64,000 nucleotides of DNA from Chrysomallon squamiferum (taxonomy: Eukaryota > Animalia > Mollusca): NCBI GenBank assembly GCA_012295275.1, contig CM022673.1, positions 1 through 64,000 on the forward strand. The letters run 5' to 3'. Positions 38,458 to 55,580 of the stretch are shown here, in pieces. The notes under the pieces were generated by a model that was not told the DNA's origin, searched no databases, and saw only the letters and a program-made list of their open reading frames with translations. Each line of letters begins with the position of its first letter. Positions within the stretch are counted from its first letter, which is position 1. Made by a program: the position numbers and the translations under genes.

Positions 38458-41400
38458 ATCCGTATGTTTGGTTTAATAAGTATTTTATAAACTGCGAATA
38501 TATTTAATATCGAAACACTTCTTCAGTTCAAAATCGTCAGATACAGATATATTAACTTACATTTTCTTTAATTATTATAATCAAGTTTTTTTCATTAAGA
38601 AAATAATCTCTCTTTTTTTTAATCTGCAAGGAACGTTTCGATATTTTTTGGGCATAAACAGAAAAAAATAAAATAAAATAAAATTGGAATTTATGCTAAA
38701 ACAGACTAGAGCAACAACACCGAATATCAATAGACATCATAAAACTTAATAAATCAAAATTAAAATCAAATTAAATGCATAATAAGAAATGTAATCACTA
38801 ACTGATACATAAATTAAGGCTTGAAAATCAGTATTTATTACACAGTGAGTCTAATTACTGCAGATATTAAATTGTTTTACCTGGAATCGCCATTTTTAAT
38901 CTGTCACACGCAGCGCAACATTTATTTTTCACGGTGTTGTTGTAACAGACGTACTTTCCTTCCTTTACCACAAACTCATAACAGCTTGATCCACCAAAGA
39001 AGGCAACATCCACACAAGGAAGACTCGTGGTTGACGTTTTCCCAGTCCCTCCCGTTGATGTGGACGTGGTTGACGTTTTCCCAGTCCCTCCCGTTGATGT
39101 GGACGTGGTTGACTCAGAGATAATAGATGGTTGCACATCTGCTGTTGCTGATGCGACAGTAGATGGCTGTATATCTACCGTAGATTTTGCGACATCAGAT
39201 GTAGCATCGCTATGCCATGCGGTAGCGACAACTGAAATAGACGGATTTGATGATGCATCCAGGAAAACAGAGGGATTTGATGATGCATCCAGTGAAATAG
39301 ACGGATCTGTTGATCTATCAGCTGACATAGAAGGATCTGCTGATGTATCCACAGAAACAGAGGGACTTACTGATGCTTCCAGTGAAATAGATGGATTTGT
39401 TGATGCATCAGTCGAAATAGATGGATTTGTTGAGGCATCAGTCGAAATAGATGGATTTGTTGAGGCATCAGCTGAAATAGACGGATTTGTTGATACACCC
39501 AGTGAAACAGAAGGATTTGTTGATGCATCAGTCGAAAGAGATGGATTTGTTGAGGCATCAGCTGAAATAGACGGATTTGTTGATACATCTGGTGAAACAG
39601 AAGGATTTGTTGATGCATATGGTGAAACAGAAGGATTTGTTGATGCATGTGGTGAAACAGAAGGATTTGTTGATGCATCAGTCGAAATAGACGGATCTAT
39701 TGATACACCCAGTGAAACAGAAGGATTTGTTGATGCATCAGTCGAAAGAGATGGATTTGTTGAGGCATCCGGTGAAACAGTGGGATTTGTCGATGTATCC
39801 AGTGAAACAGACAGATATATTGATGCATCAGCTGAAATAGAAGGATTTACTGATGCATAAACCGAGACAGATGGATTTGTTGATACACCCTGGGAAACAG
39901 AGGGATTAGATGATGCTTCACCTGTGATAGAAGGATTTGTTGATGCATCAGCTGAAATAGACGGATCTATTGATACACCCAGTGAAACAGATGGATTAGA
40001 TGATGCTTCAGCTGAGATAGTAGGATTTGTTGATGCATCAGTCGAAATAGATGGATTTGTTGAGGCATCAGTCGAAATAGATGGATTTGTTGAGGTATCC
40101 AGTGAAACAGACGGATATATTGATGCATCAGCTGAAATAGAAGGATTTAGTGAGACATCCAGAGAAACAGACGGATTTGTAGAAACATCCGGTGACATAG
40201 AAGGATTTGATGATACACCCAGTGAAATAGACGGATTTATTGATGCATCAGTCGAAATAGACGGATTTGTTGATGCATAAACTGAAATAGACGGATTTGT
40301 TGAGGCATCCGGTGAAACAGATGGATATATTGATGCATAAACTGAAACAGATGGATTTGTTGATATATAAACTGAAACAGAAGGATTTGTTGATGCATAA
40401 ACTGAGACAGATGGATTTGTTGATGCATATGGTGAAACAGAGGGATTTGTTGATGTATCCAATGAAAAAGACGGATATATTGATGTATCAGTTGAAATAG
40501 AAGGATTTACTGATTCATAAACTGAAACAGATGGATTTGTTGATATACTGGTGAAACAGAAGGATTTGTTGATGTATCCAATGAGAAAAGACGGATATAT
40601 TGATGCTAACAGATCATGTGAAATAGTAAGGTGTTTATCCACTGACTGGTATCAGGTGTTGACGCATCCAGTGAAACAGATGGATTTGTTGCATCCAGTG
40701 AACTGAAATCAGGTGAAGACATATCCATGAACTGGGATCAGGTGAGATAGCATCCAGTGAACTGGTGATCAGGTGTTGACGCATCCAGTGAACTGGTATC
40801 AGGTGTTGACGCATCCAGTGAACTGGTATCAGGTGTTGACGCATCCAGTGAACTGGTATCAGGTGTTGACGCATCCAGTGAACTGGTATCAGGTGTTGAC
40901 GCATCCAGTGAACTGGTATCAGGTGTTGACGCATCCAGTGAACTAGAATCAAGGTGACAGATCTTGTGAATGCATCCAGTGAACATCTAATGGTATCAGT
41001 TGTTGACGCATCCAGTGAAAATCAAGTGCTGAAGCATCAGGAAATAGTTGACGCATCCAGTGAAAACTGGCTGACGCATCCAGTAAACTAGTATCAAATG
41101 TTGACGCATCCAGTGAACTAGAATCAATTGCTGACAGATCCTGAGAACTAGTATCAAGTGCTGACGCATCCAGTGTAATAGTATCAAGAGCTGACGCATC
41201 GAGTGAACTAGAATCAATTGCTGACAGATCTTGTGAATGAGTATCAATTGTTGACACATCTAATGAAGCAGTATCAGTTGCTGACGCATCCAGTGAAATA
41301 GTATCAAGTGCTGAAGCATCCAGTGAAATAGTATCAAGTGTTGACACATCCAGTGAACTGGTATCAAGTGCTGACGCATCCAGAGAAATAGTATCAAGTG

Positions 41401-42378
41401 CTGAGATATCCTGTGAACTAGTATCAATTGCTGACAGATCCTGAGAACTAGTATCAAGTGCTGACACATCCAGTGAACTGGTATCAGATGCTGACGCATC
41501 GAGTGAACTAGAATCAATTGCTGATAGATCTTGTGAATGAGTATCAATTGTTGACACATCTAATGAAGCAGTATCAGTTGCTGACGCATCCAGTGAAATA
41601 GTATCAAGTGCTGAAGCATCCAGTGAAATAGTATCAAGTGCTGACTCATCCAGTGAACTAGTAACAAGTGCTAACAGATCCTGTGAACTAGTATCTAGTA
41701 TTGATAAATCCTGTGAACTAGAATCAATTGCTGACACATCCAATGAACTAGTATCAAGTACTGACAGATCCTGTGAACTTGTTTCAAGTTCTGACAGATC
41801 CTGTGAAGTAGTTTCAATTGCTGTCAGATCAAGTGAAGTTGTCACATAGGATGACGTTGACTTCGGTTGTGTTCCATCGGTCACAGTCACCGTCTTTGTT
41901 AACGTTGCGGTCACATAAACAACAACGGTGTTTGCTGAAATATCTAAATAAAGTACAGACAAAAATATTTTAAGAGCTCTCTGTACACAGATATAACGAT
42001 GATTATATGTATATATCTGTGTTTGTGTATTTGCTTTTATGCGTATGTACATGCATAAAAGCAAATAAACAAACATAATATACATAAACAGATGTATACA
42101 TATAAACATCGTTATATGTGTGTGTTTACACTTCTGTATATGTGTGTGTGTGTATACGTATATGTATGTATCCATTCACATTTACACGTATACACAGATA
42201 TATACTGAGAGAGAAAGAGAGGAAGATAGACAGACAAATAAAAATACCGAGACAAACAGATAAATGAATAGTAAAAATACATTTAAATCATTGTTTCTAA
42301 TTACTTACCTGAAGAACATAAACACAAATAATATATGCATATAAGTATAAGCTTATGATCACTGCCAGCGAACGACAT
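37328..42378 (-). CDS. Copy C: mucin-like Ser/Thr/Asp-rich 10-aa repeat protein with two C-terminal PLAC-like modules and a GPI-like tail (~1100 aa); frame disrupted at 40550-41070
   Basis: Exon 1 is 42378-42309 (MSFAGSDHKLILICIYYLCLCSS, GTAAG donor). Exon 2 is 41943-38881 (3063 nt; DTSSLDASAL-type then DASTNPSIS-type repeats, then PCVDVAFFGGSSC...CCAAC). Exon 3 is 37518-37328 (GCEYGDRNP...CCSSC...TGLVTVLVSIIYTNI). The last two modules are homologous to the 3' exons of copies A, B and D. Confidence 0.85.
39230..41830 (-). repeat. Coding 30-bp minisatellite in three sequential unit types within the mucin exon
   Basis: The xDASTNPSI/VS units span ~39230-40610. Perfect DTSSLDASTP units span ~40770-40945. 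DTSSLDASAL/DTSSQDLSAI units span ~41070-41830, including a ~150-bp block repeated at 300-bp spacing (41191-41340 and 41491-41640). Confidence 0.95.
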
Positions 42379-43153
42379 AGTTCTTGTTAACTCACACAAG
42401 TCGTTTGTTACGTATGGCAAACTCAATTTATCAGTCCTACTTTTTATTGCCATTTCTGAATGGTCTTTTCAGAAGCGAAGACGTCACCAAAACATTGAAT
42501 CTCATAACTGCTTCCGATCTCATTGTCCAGTAACTGTTTTCTGTGTATGTCTCTGTTTTATATTTTCTTTACCGTATATCATAGTCTTAAAGATTATTAC
42601 CCTTATAATAATAAATAATTAGTTCGTAACTATTTGCTGTAATTACCATAGATACTAGTTCACTGTGTTCATTATCATTAAATCGAATAATGTCGTTGTA
42701 AAAGTAATAGTAGTTGTTGTTGTTGTTGTTGTAATTGTAGTAGTAATAGTTCTAGTAGTAGATTTTAGTAGTAGTAGTAGTAGTTATAATTATTTATTTT
42801 ATTATCATGTCTTCATCAGTCTTGTTGTTATTATTGTTATCAGCATCATCATTATTATTACTATTATTATAATTATTATTATTATTACTATTATTATTAT
42901 TATTACTACTACTACTACTATTATTATTTGCTGGCGATAATACTGATGGTATTGGTTATAGTTCTTGATACTATTGTTGACGTATCGCATTTAATGTTGT
43001 TCGTCTTTAAATATTTTTAAGTATAAATCATTTTTAGTTAGTCTTTAATCACCCTGTTAATAGAGTACTCAAAATGGTTCACGATTTCACTTTCACTTTG
43101 CTATAGACCACATTATTAAAACAGCATTTGTACTTTTTTATATATATATATAT

Positions 43154-43533
43154 ATAATGTTTTTTCTTTACATTTACTTCTACTATGCAACAAATGGACT
43201 AAAAGAATACTCACAAAACTACACATAAAAAAAACAATAACAGAAAGGAAGGAAACTAAAAAACAAAACAAAACTAAAATAAATAAAAACGACAAGAAAA
43301 GAAAAAAACAACAACAAACCTCCCCCCCCACCCAGTATTAGATTTCAGATTTTTTTCTCAAAGATTTCGTTATAAAAAGGTTTACTGTAATATCCTTTGT
43401 TCCCTAGAATCAAATACATTATAAAATACATTATACATTCCTTTCTGATATTGTTTTTTTATGTATAGTTTTGTGAGTATTCTTTTAGTCAATTTGTTGC
43501 ATAGTAAAAGTAAATGTAAAGAAAAAACATTAT
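43154..43533. mobile_element. Foldback/MITE-like long inverted repeat (~97-bp arms, ~187-bp spacer)
   Basis: 43154-43250 is the reverse complement of 43438-43533 with only a few mismatches (…actaaaagaatactcacaaaacta… / …tagttttgtgagtattcttttagt…). Confidence 0.7.
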
Positions 43534-45149
43534 GGCAAATCAAACTGATTAAATATGAGAAAGACACGTATTCAAAAAAAGCAGCTCCACCCTATACATC
43601 ACAGAATAAATCGAGGACTGACTGTGGGAAAGTGCATATGTTGATTTTCAATTCAAATTTTACGACGTTATGATTTTCAGTAATCTTTTCATTCTAAGCA
43701 GATTATGGCCCAGTATATTGTGTGAAACTTTTATAATGCCATAGGTGGAGCGGGCTTATGATTTTTTTTTTTTAAAACACTGTTTGTGTGTAATGTTGTA
43801 CGCGAGTATCTTGTGTGACTTATTCAAAGAGCCAGTGAATAACGGTTGTTTGTAGCAAGTCGTAGGACAAAAGGGTCCGTTCTTTCGATTACTTTTAGAA
43901 GAATAACGCAGCAAGTAAATCGTCAACAAAATAGTGGTGAGACTGATGACAGATTAAGCTTTATGACTATAAACATATCTTCTTGTGGGTTTAATGTTAT
44001 CGCATTTATCGTATGACATAGTGGCATTACGATCGTTTTATCTAAAATAACGTTTTAATATCTGTATGTACGCAGGTGCCTGTACATATTTGAGAATAAC
44101 TGTTTATATATGAGTATTTATTGTCTGGGTATGTGTGTGTAAATATATGTTTGTTTGTACTTTTGTATATGGTATGTGCGAATGTACGTGTGATAAACGT
44201 TTAAATAACCTTATTAAAATTTAATGTGTATTATTTATATGTAGTTTTATACACTTAATTTTATCAAACTTAATATGAAACCGCGTATGAATGTATGTAT
44301 CTCTGTATGTATGTATTATGTATGTATGTATCTCTGTATGTATGTATTATGTATGTATGTATCTCTGTATGTATGTATGTATGTATTAATATTAGAAAAT
44401 AATCTAAACATAAATAATGATTCAAAATCTAATTAGGTAATCATTTCTCGTATTTATTTATGTCTGTTTAACAGCAGATGTACATATATTTACTGCTTCT
44501 ATGTCTATAAAACTGTTCTCATTACTCATTTCAGTTCTGCCTCTTTTTCTTTTTTTTTTTTTTTTTTTTTGGCTGTTTATCGCTCAGACCAGGAACTAAT
44601 GATCGTCGTATTTGTTTCCACATCTTTGGAAGGTGCACTTGAAGATTTTCTTCCGCCGAAAAGATTTGGCATTATCTGAACGTCTTTAAACGTTGAGAAT
44701 GGATTGTGGAATGTGTTACGTATGGTCTTTGACCACGTCCATAACGCCATACAAATAATCTGAATTTAAAAATGTTGAGTAATTTGTTCCACAAAATATG
44801 TCCTTCAAATAGCCTAATGTATGTTTATAATAACAATAACAGTTTTTGAGAGTATTCATCTTTCTTTTAAATGCGTGCCTCAGTAACAATAAATTCTTTT
44901 ATTCCGTCTTTACCTTCGGTCGCTATATTAAATATGTAACAAATGTTGACTTAACAGGCGAGTCATCGTATCTAATAAAAATGATTAAATCCCAGTAAAA
45001 ATGAAATCAAAAAATCACAATCAAATTAAAATTAAAAAGTCACCAATCACGTAAAAGAAAGCAAGCAGAATTTTGCTATTAAATACTGAAGAAAAATCAA
45101 ATGAGTTCTTTTTAAATTTTGTTACAGGAAGCAAGACTCAAATGACTGA

Positions 45150-50676
<5,527 letters not shown>

Positions 50677-51032
50677 TTCAGCCTCCTAGTGTGATATTAA
50701 AACTTGTACATAGGTCAATAATGCAAAAACGTTTTTAACTTGTTAAAGAACCGTCGGATAATTTTAGATCGTTTCAATTCGTGTATGGAAAGCTACTCTT
50801 GTTTCTTCTAGCGAAAAAAAAAAAAAGAAAAAAAAAGAAGAAAAAAGCTTAATCTTTATTCTTGCAAGTGTATTCATATTGGTATGGGTGTTCTTTACAT
50901 TACATTGTTCATTTGACAGAATGCCAGATTGAGGCCAGCAGACGACAACATTAACACAGCCTTTCAATCAGTAGTACCCTATCGGTCCTACTCTTGCTTT
51001 GCGTGCAGCTGCAATATAAATAAAAGAATCCC

Positions 51033-51066
<34 letters not shown>

Positions 51067-51164
51067 TATATTATATTATATTATATTATATTATATTATA
51101 TTATATTATACATATGCATGCATATATATGTATATATATGTGTGCATGTATATGTGCATGTATA

Positions 51165-51216
<52 letters not shown>

Positions 51217-51386
51217 TACAGATATAGATATAGATATAGATATATAGATATATAGATATAGATATAGATATTTGAAATATATATAAAATGCATCTTTTTA
51301 AGCTGGTTTTATTATAGGTTCATTACAGCATACGGTCATCGACATTTAGGACTGCATTTTATTTCATTTATATGTATATGTATGTA

Positions 51387-51470
<84 letters not shown>

Positions 51471-51656
51471 GTTCATTCAGTAGAATAAGTTGTTTGAATT
51501 ATATATTAAATATATGTGAGCATGTATATGTGTTTGTATGTTTGTGCGTATGTATATATATATATATATATTTGAAATACATATACAAAGCATCTTTTTC
51601 TTTGTTTTTATTATAGATTCATTACAGGATACGGTCAGTGACTGCATTTAATTTCA

Positions 51657-51725
<69 letters not shown>

Positions 51726-51956
51726 CTGTTTGTGTTTTACTTGGTTCTGTTTTAGTCGTCTTGAACAGACTGCCACACCCGTATCAATTGTTTTTACAAC
51801 AAGGGACATAACTCTAAATAGATATTTTTCGAAGTTATGTCGAAATAGATATTAACAGTGAGAGTGTTAAAATTTTAAAGCTATACATTTAAGTGAAATA
51901 TACTTTATTTTACTGACAGTTAAAGAAATAAATATAACTGAGACAGTGTAAGAATA

Positions 51957-52985
51957 ATGTCGAGAGGCTCAGGTAAGTTTGTCATTACAAATAATAAGAC
52001 TAGTCTTGATTTGTTTATGTAAAGAGAAGAAATCAAGAATGGATAACTTCTACCTCTGGGTTAAGATTAGCTCCGATTTCCATATTTATCCGTGATGATT
52101 CGTTATCATATGTTTATATTGATGAACAACTATAAAAATAGTTTATGATTATCACGTGATGATAAAATCAAACTGTAGACGAATCAGTGTTATATGTAAC
52201 TTATTCTCAGTATCTTTATTACTAAACAGACTAAGTCTTAGGACTACTTACGTTAACGAGTTCATTTACTGTATGTTTACTGTCTAATAAAATATATTCA
52301 GTATTCTAGTCTTTGTACAAACAAGGTACATATCATTAGTTTGATTTGGGGTTTATAAATAAAGCTGTGATTTGAATGCTGCCATTTTACCTCTTAACAG
52401 CTGAAGTTGTGATTTCAACACATATCTGGCAGATGTATTTTTATTTTTTTTATTATAATTTTTTTTTTTTAAATTGAATTCTATTATTTTTATTATTATT
52501 ATTATTATTATTTCATCAGTATTATCACCAGAAGACAGAACAGAATTAATTGTATTATCCTGTACATGATGACATCATGACTACTTAAAAATGAAAAACA
52601 TTTTTAAACTATATTCTTTCTCTGTTTTACTTTATTATTAATTAATGTATGGTTACTTTGGTGATATAAATAATCCATCATTTAATATATATACATGCTG
52701 GATTATTTATATCACCAAAGCTACACTTTATCAATAAGTTAATATACTGTACCTTAAAATTTAATACATATACTATGATGTCATAGAAAAATAAGATGAA
52801 CATTAAAGGAATGGTTAGCTTATCAACTACACCTTTTCAAAACACATCCTGTTTTAACTTTTATTGTTGTCACTGTTGTTGTTTTTATTATTATTATAGT
52901 TGTGATTAACTGGACTGGGTCTTCATTTGATTGTTAACCCTATAGGTTACACTGTAGCTGCCTTGTATTACTATTTATATTATTA

Positions 52986-53049
<64 letters not shown>

Positions 53050-53134
53050 GAACTACTATAAAGAAATTTTTAATAAAGGAGAGCATAACTGATTTTTATT
53101 TTTATTTGTTTTATCATTATTATTATTATTATGA

Positions 53135-53176
<42 letters not shown>

Positions 53177-53279
53177 ACTACTATAAAGAAATTTTTAATA
53201 AAGGAGAGCATAACTGATTTTTATTTTTATTTGTTTTATCATTATTATTATTATTATGATATTATTATTATTATTATGA

Positions 53280-53331
<52 letters not shown>

Positions 53332-53897
53332 GAACTACTATAAAGAAATTTTTAATAAAGGAGAGCATAACTGATTTTTATTTTTATTTGTTTTATCATT
53401 ATTATTATTATCATTATTATTATTATTATTATTATTATTAATTTTCACAGACTCAAAGGTACCCCTACCACCGTCCTATGCAGAGTCCTTGAATTATCCA
53501 CAAGTCGGGTGTGTCCCGCCGAGTCAGCCACAGTCCATATTTACTTACAGCGGTGAACCCTCAGCACCACCCCCGCCCCTAAACGAGTCCTCGGAGCCCA
53601 CTGCCACACCCTCATACCCACAGTCGGGGCATGACACAGAGTACACCTCTCAAACGTTTTCTCAGTATGGAACCCCTGCGGCAGGATTTAGCAGCTATTC
53701 TCAGAACTATGGTCCAAGTCCTGCAGCTCCTGTGCAGGCGGGATACCAGTCAGCCTTGCCGTATGGTCCACCAGCAGCAGCTGCGTACAGCACCGTACAG
53801 GGAACACCAAACACCTATCCAGTTGTGCAGAGCACGCCTACAGGATACACAACAACACCACTGGTAGGTTTGATTAAATTTGTTGGTGTATGTAAGG

Positions 53898-53993
<96 letters not shown>

Positions 53994-54475
53994 AGGGAGG
54001 GAGGGGGAGGGAGGGAGGGAGGGAGGGAGGGCTTGCTTGTGTGTGTGTGTGTGTATGTGTGTAAACAAGAACGATAGACTTACACTATTACAATTCTGTC
54101 TTATCAAAAATGAATTCATATTGTAAAAATACATTTGTATCCATAGGACAATCAAATATTTACATTGTGCTTATAAATACGTGTTTGTTTATTTTTATGG
54201 GTGAATATGTGGATGCATGTTTGTGTCTGTCTGTATGTGCTGTGATAAAGGGTGGAAAGATTTTGTTTTCTTTTTACAGTACACTTATCTAAGGAGATTT
54301 TTATTTTTATTTTTATTTGGTTTTTTTGTTTGTTTTTTTCTCTTTACAGGCTTATGGCACAACCTCAACTTTTGCTAGCAGGTCCCGGCAGAAAAAAATA
54401 GCAGTACTGGTGTGTGTTTTTATTTTGGTCATTGTCATAATTATGGTGATCTTTTTCACAATGTTTCTATCATAA
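51957..54475 (+). CDS. Pro/Ser/Tyr-rich tail-anchored membrane protein with PPSY and PSAP motifs (~184 aa)
   Basis: Exons are 51957-51972 (ATG TCG AGA GGC TCA G|gtaag), 53451-53863 ([18 protein letters not shown]...EPSAPPPP...) and 54350-54475 (…[31 protein letters not shown]). Splice sites are GT-AG, phases match, and the total is 555 nt. Confidence 0.8.
52656..52720. repeat. Perfect 22-bp inverted repeat forming a 65-nt hairpin in an intron
   Basis: ctttggtgatataaataatcca (52656-52677) pairs exactly with tggattatttatatcaccaaag (52699-52720). Confidence 0.9.
53050..53440. repeat. Three copies of a ~70-bp unit interleaved with (ATT)n, just upstream of a splice acceptor
   Basis: aactactataaagaaatttttaataaaggagagcataactgatttttatttttatttgttttatc occurs at ~53051, ~53177 and ~53333. 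Confidence 0.9.
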
Positions 54476-55509
54476 GAATTAACCATCAGATTTTATTACA
54501 GAATATTTAATAATGCAAAGAATTTCAAAAAATTCTTGTGAACAGACATCTTTTTTCATACATTAACAAGTGCATTTGTTTATTATTATTAATATCCGAA
54601 GAAAATTAACCCAAACAGAATATTACAGAAATGTTTTATTTATAAAACCACATTTATCTACTGTTCACAAAATATTTAAAAAAAAAACACTTTCAATTTA
54701 GCAATTAAGTGATGGTTAACAAACAAATACATCTAATGCATTAAGAATACTTAAATACACGTGCTCAATTTTTTTACATTATCTCAAAACCATTCTTACT
54801 AATTAACTGTGGAAAAGATATCAAGATTTAATTTTATTTGCTAATATCATATAATTGAAACACAAAGAAACACAGTACAAGGTAAACAGCTATCAGACAA
54901 ATAATTAAATTTTAAATTGTGCATAATAGACAGATCTTTTACTTTGAAAATAGTTTTGCTTTAACAAAATGATACTGCTATAAGTTGTTACTTATTTTGA
55001 CAGTTTTAATTAATTTAATTCATAGTGAGTCAGAAATGGTGCCCAATTTGAGTGTTCATTTTGGTGCAAGTTAAGAAACTTTCCAAATTCACATCAATAA
55101 CCTGCAGAACAGAATACAAAATAAATAAATTACAAACAACATGACTTTCTTGACACTGTCTGAGAATTTTTTTAAGATATTGACTGTGCCAAGTACATTA
55201 GAGAAAACTGTTATTATTTTTCAGACAGATTTATTTTAAAATGGTTTCTACCATGTTTAATTTATATATTTTTAAATTACATGCATAACATTTGCTTTCT
55301 TTAGAATTTTTTACATATTTATTTACATCAAAAGTCCAAACACAAAGGTTTGTGTCTTTGAATTCTGTCAAGGTTGTTTAAATCAATTTAGTTACTGAGC
55401 AAAAAGACTCAGTCCAAAATGTAAGTCAGAAGTATTGGTGTTTAAGATGGCCTTTAATAAACCACATTATCATATAATGGTAACCCTTATGTCTTTGTGT
55501 AGGAAAATG

Positions 55510-55580
<71 letters not shown>

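Noticed and set aside
39027-40500. + strand ORFs (DGFVDASVEI repeats) and alternative-frame MHQQI ORFs
   Set aside because: These are antisense or shifted-frame shadows of the 30-bp coding repeat. Splice sites and the signal peptide support only the minus-strand S/T frame.
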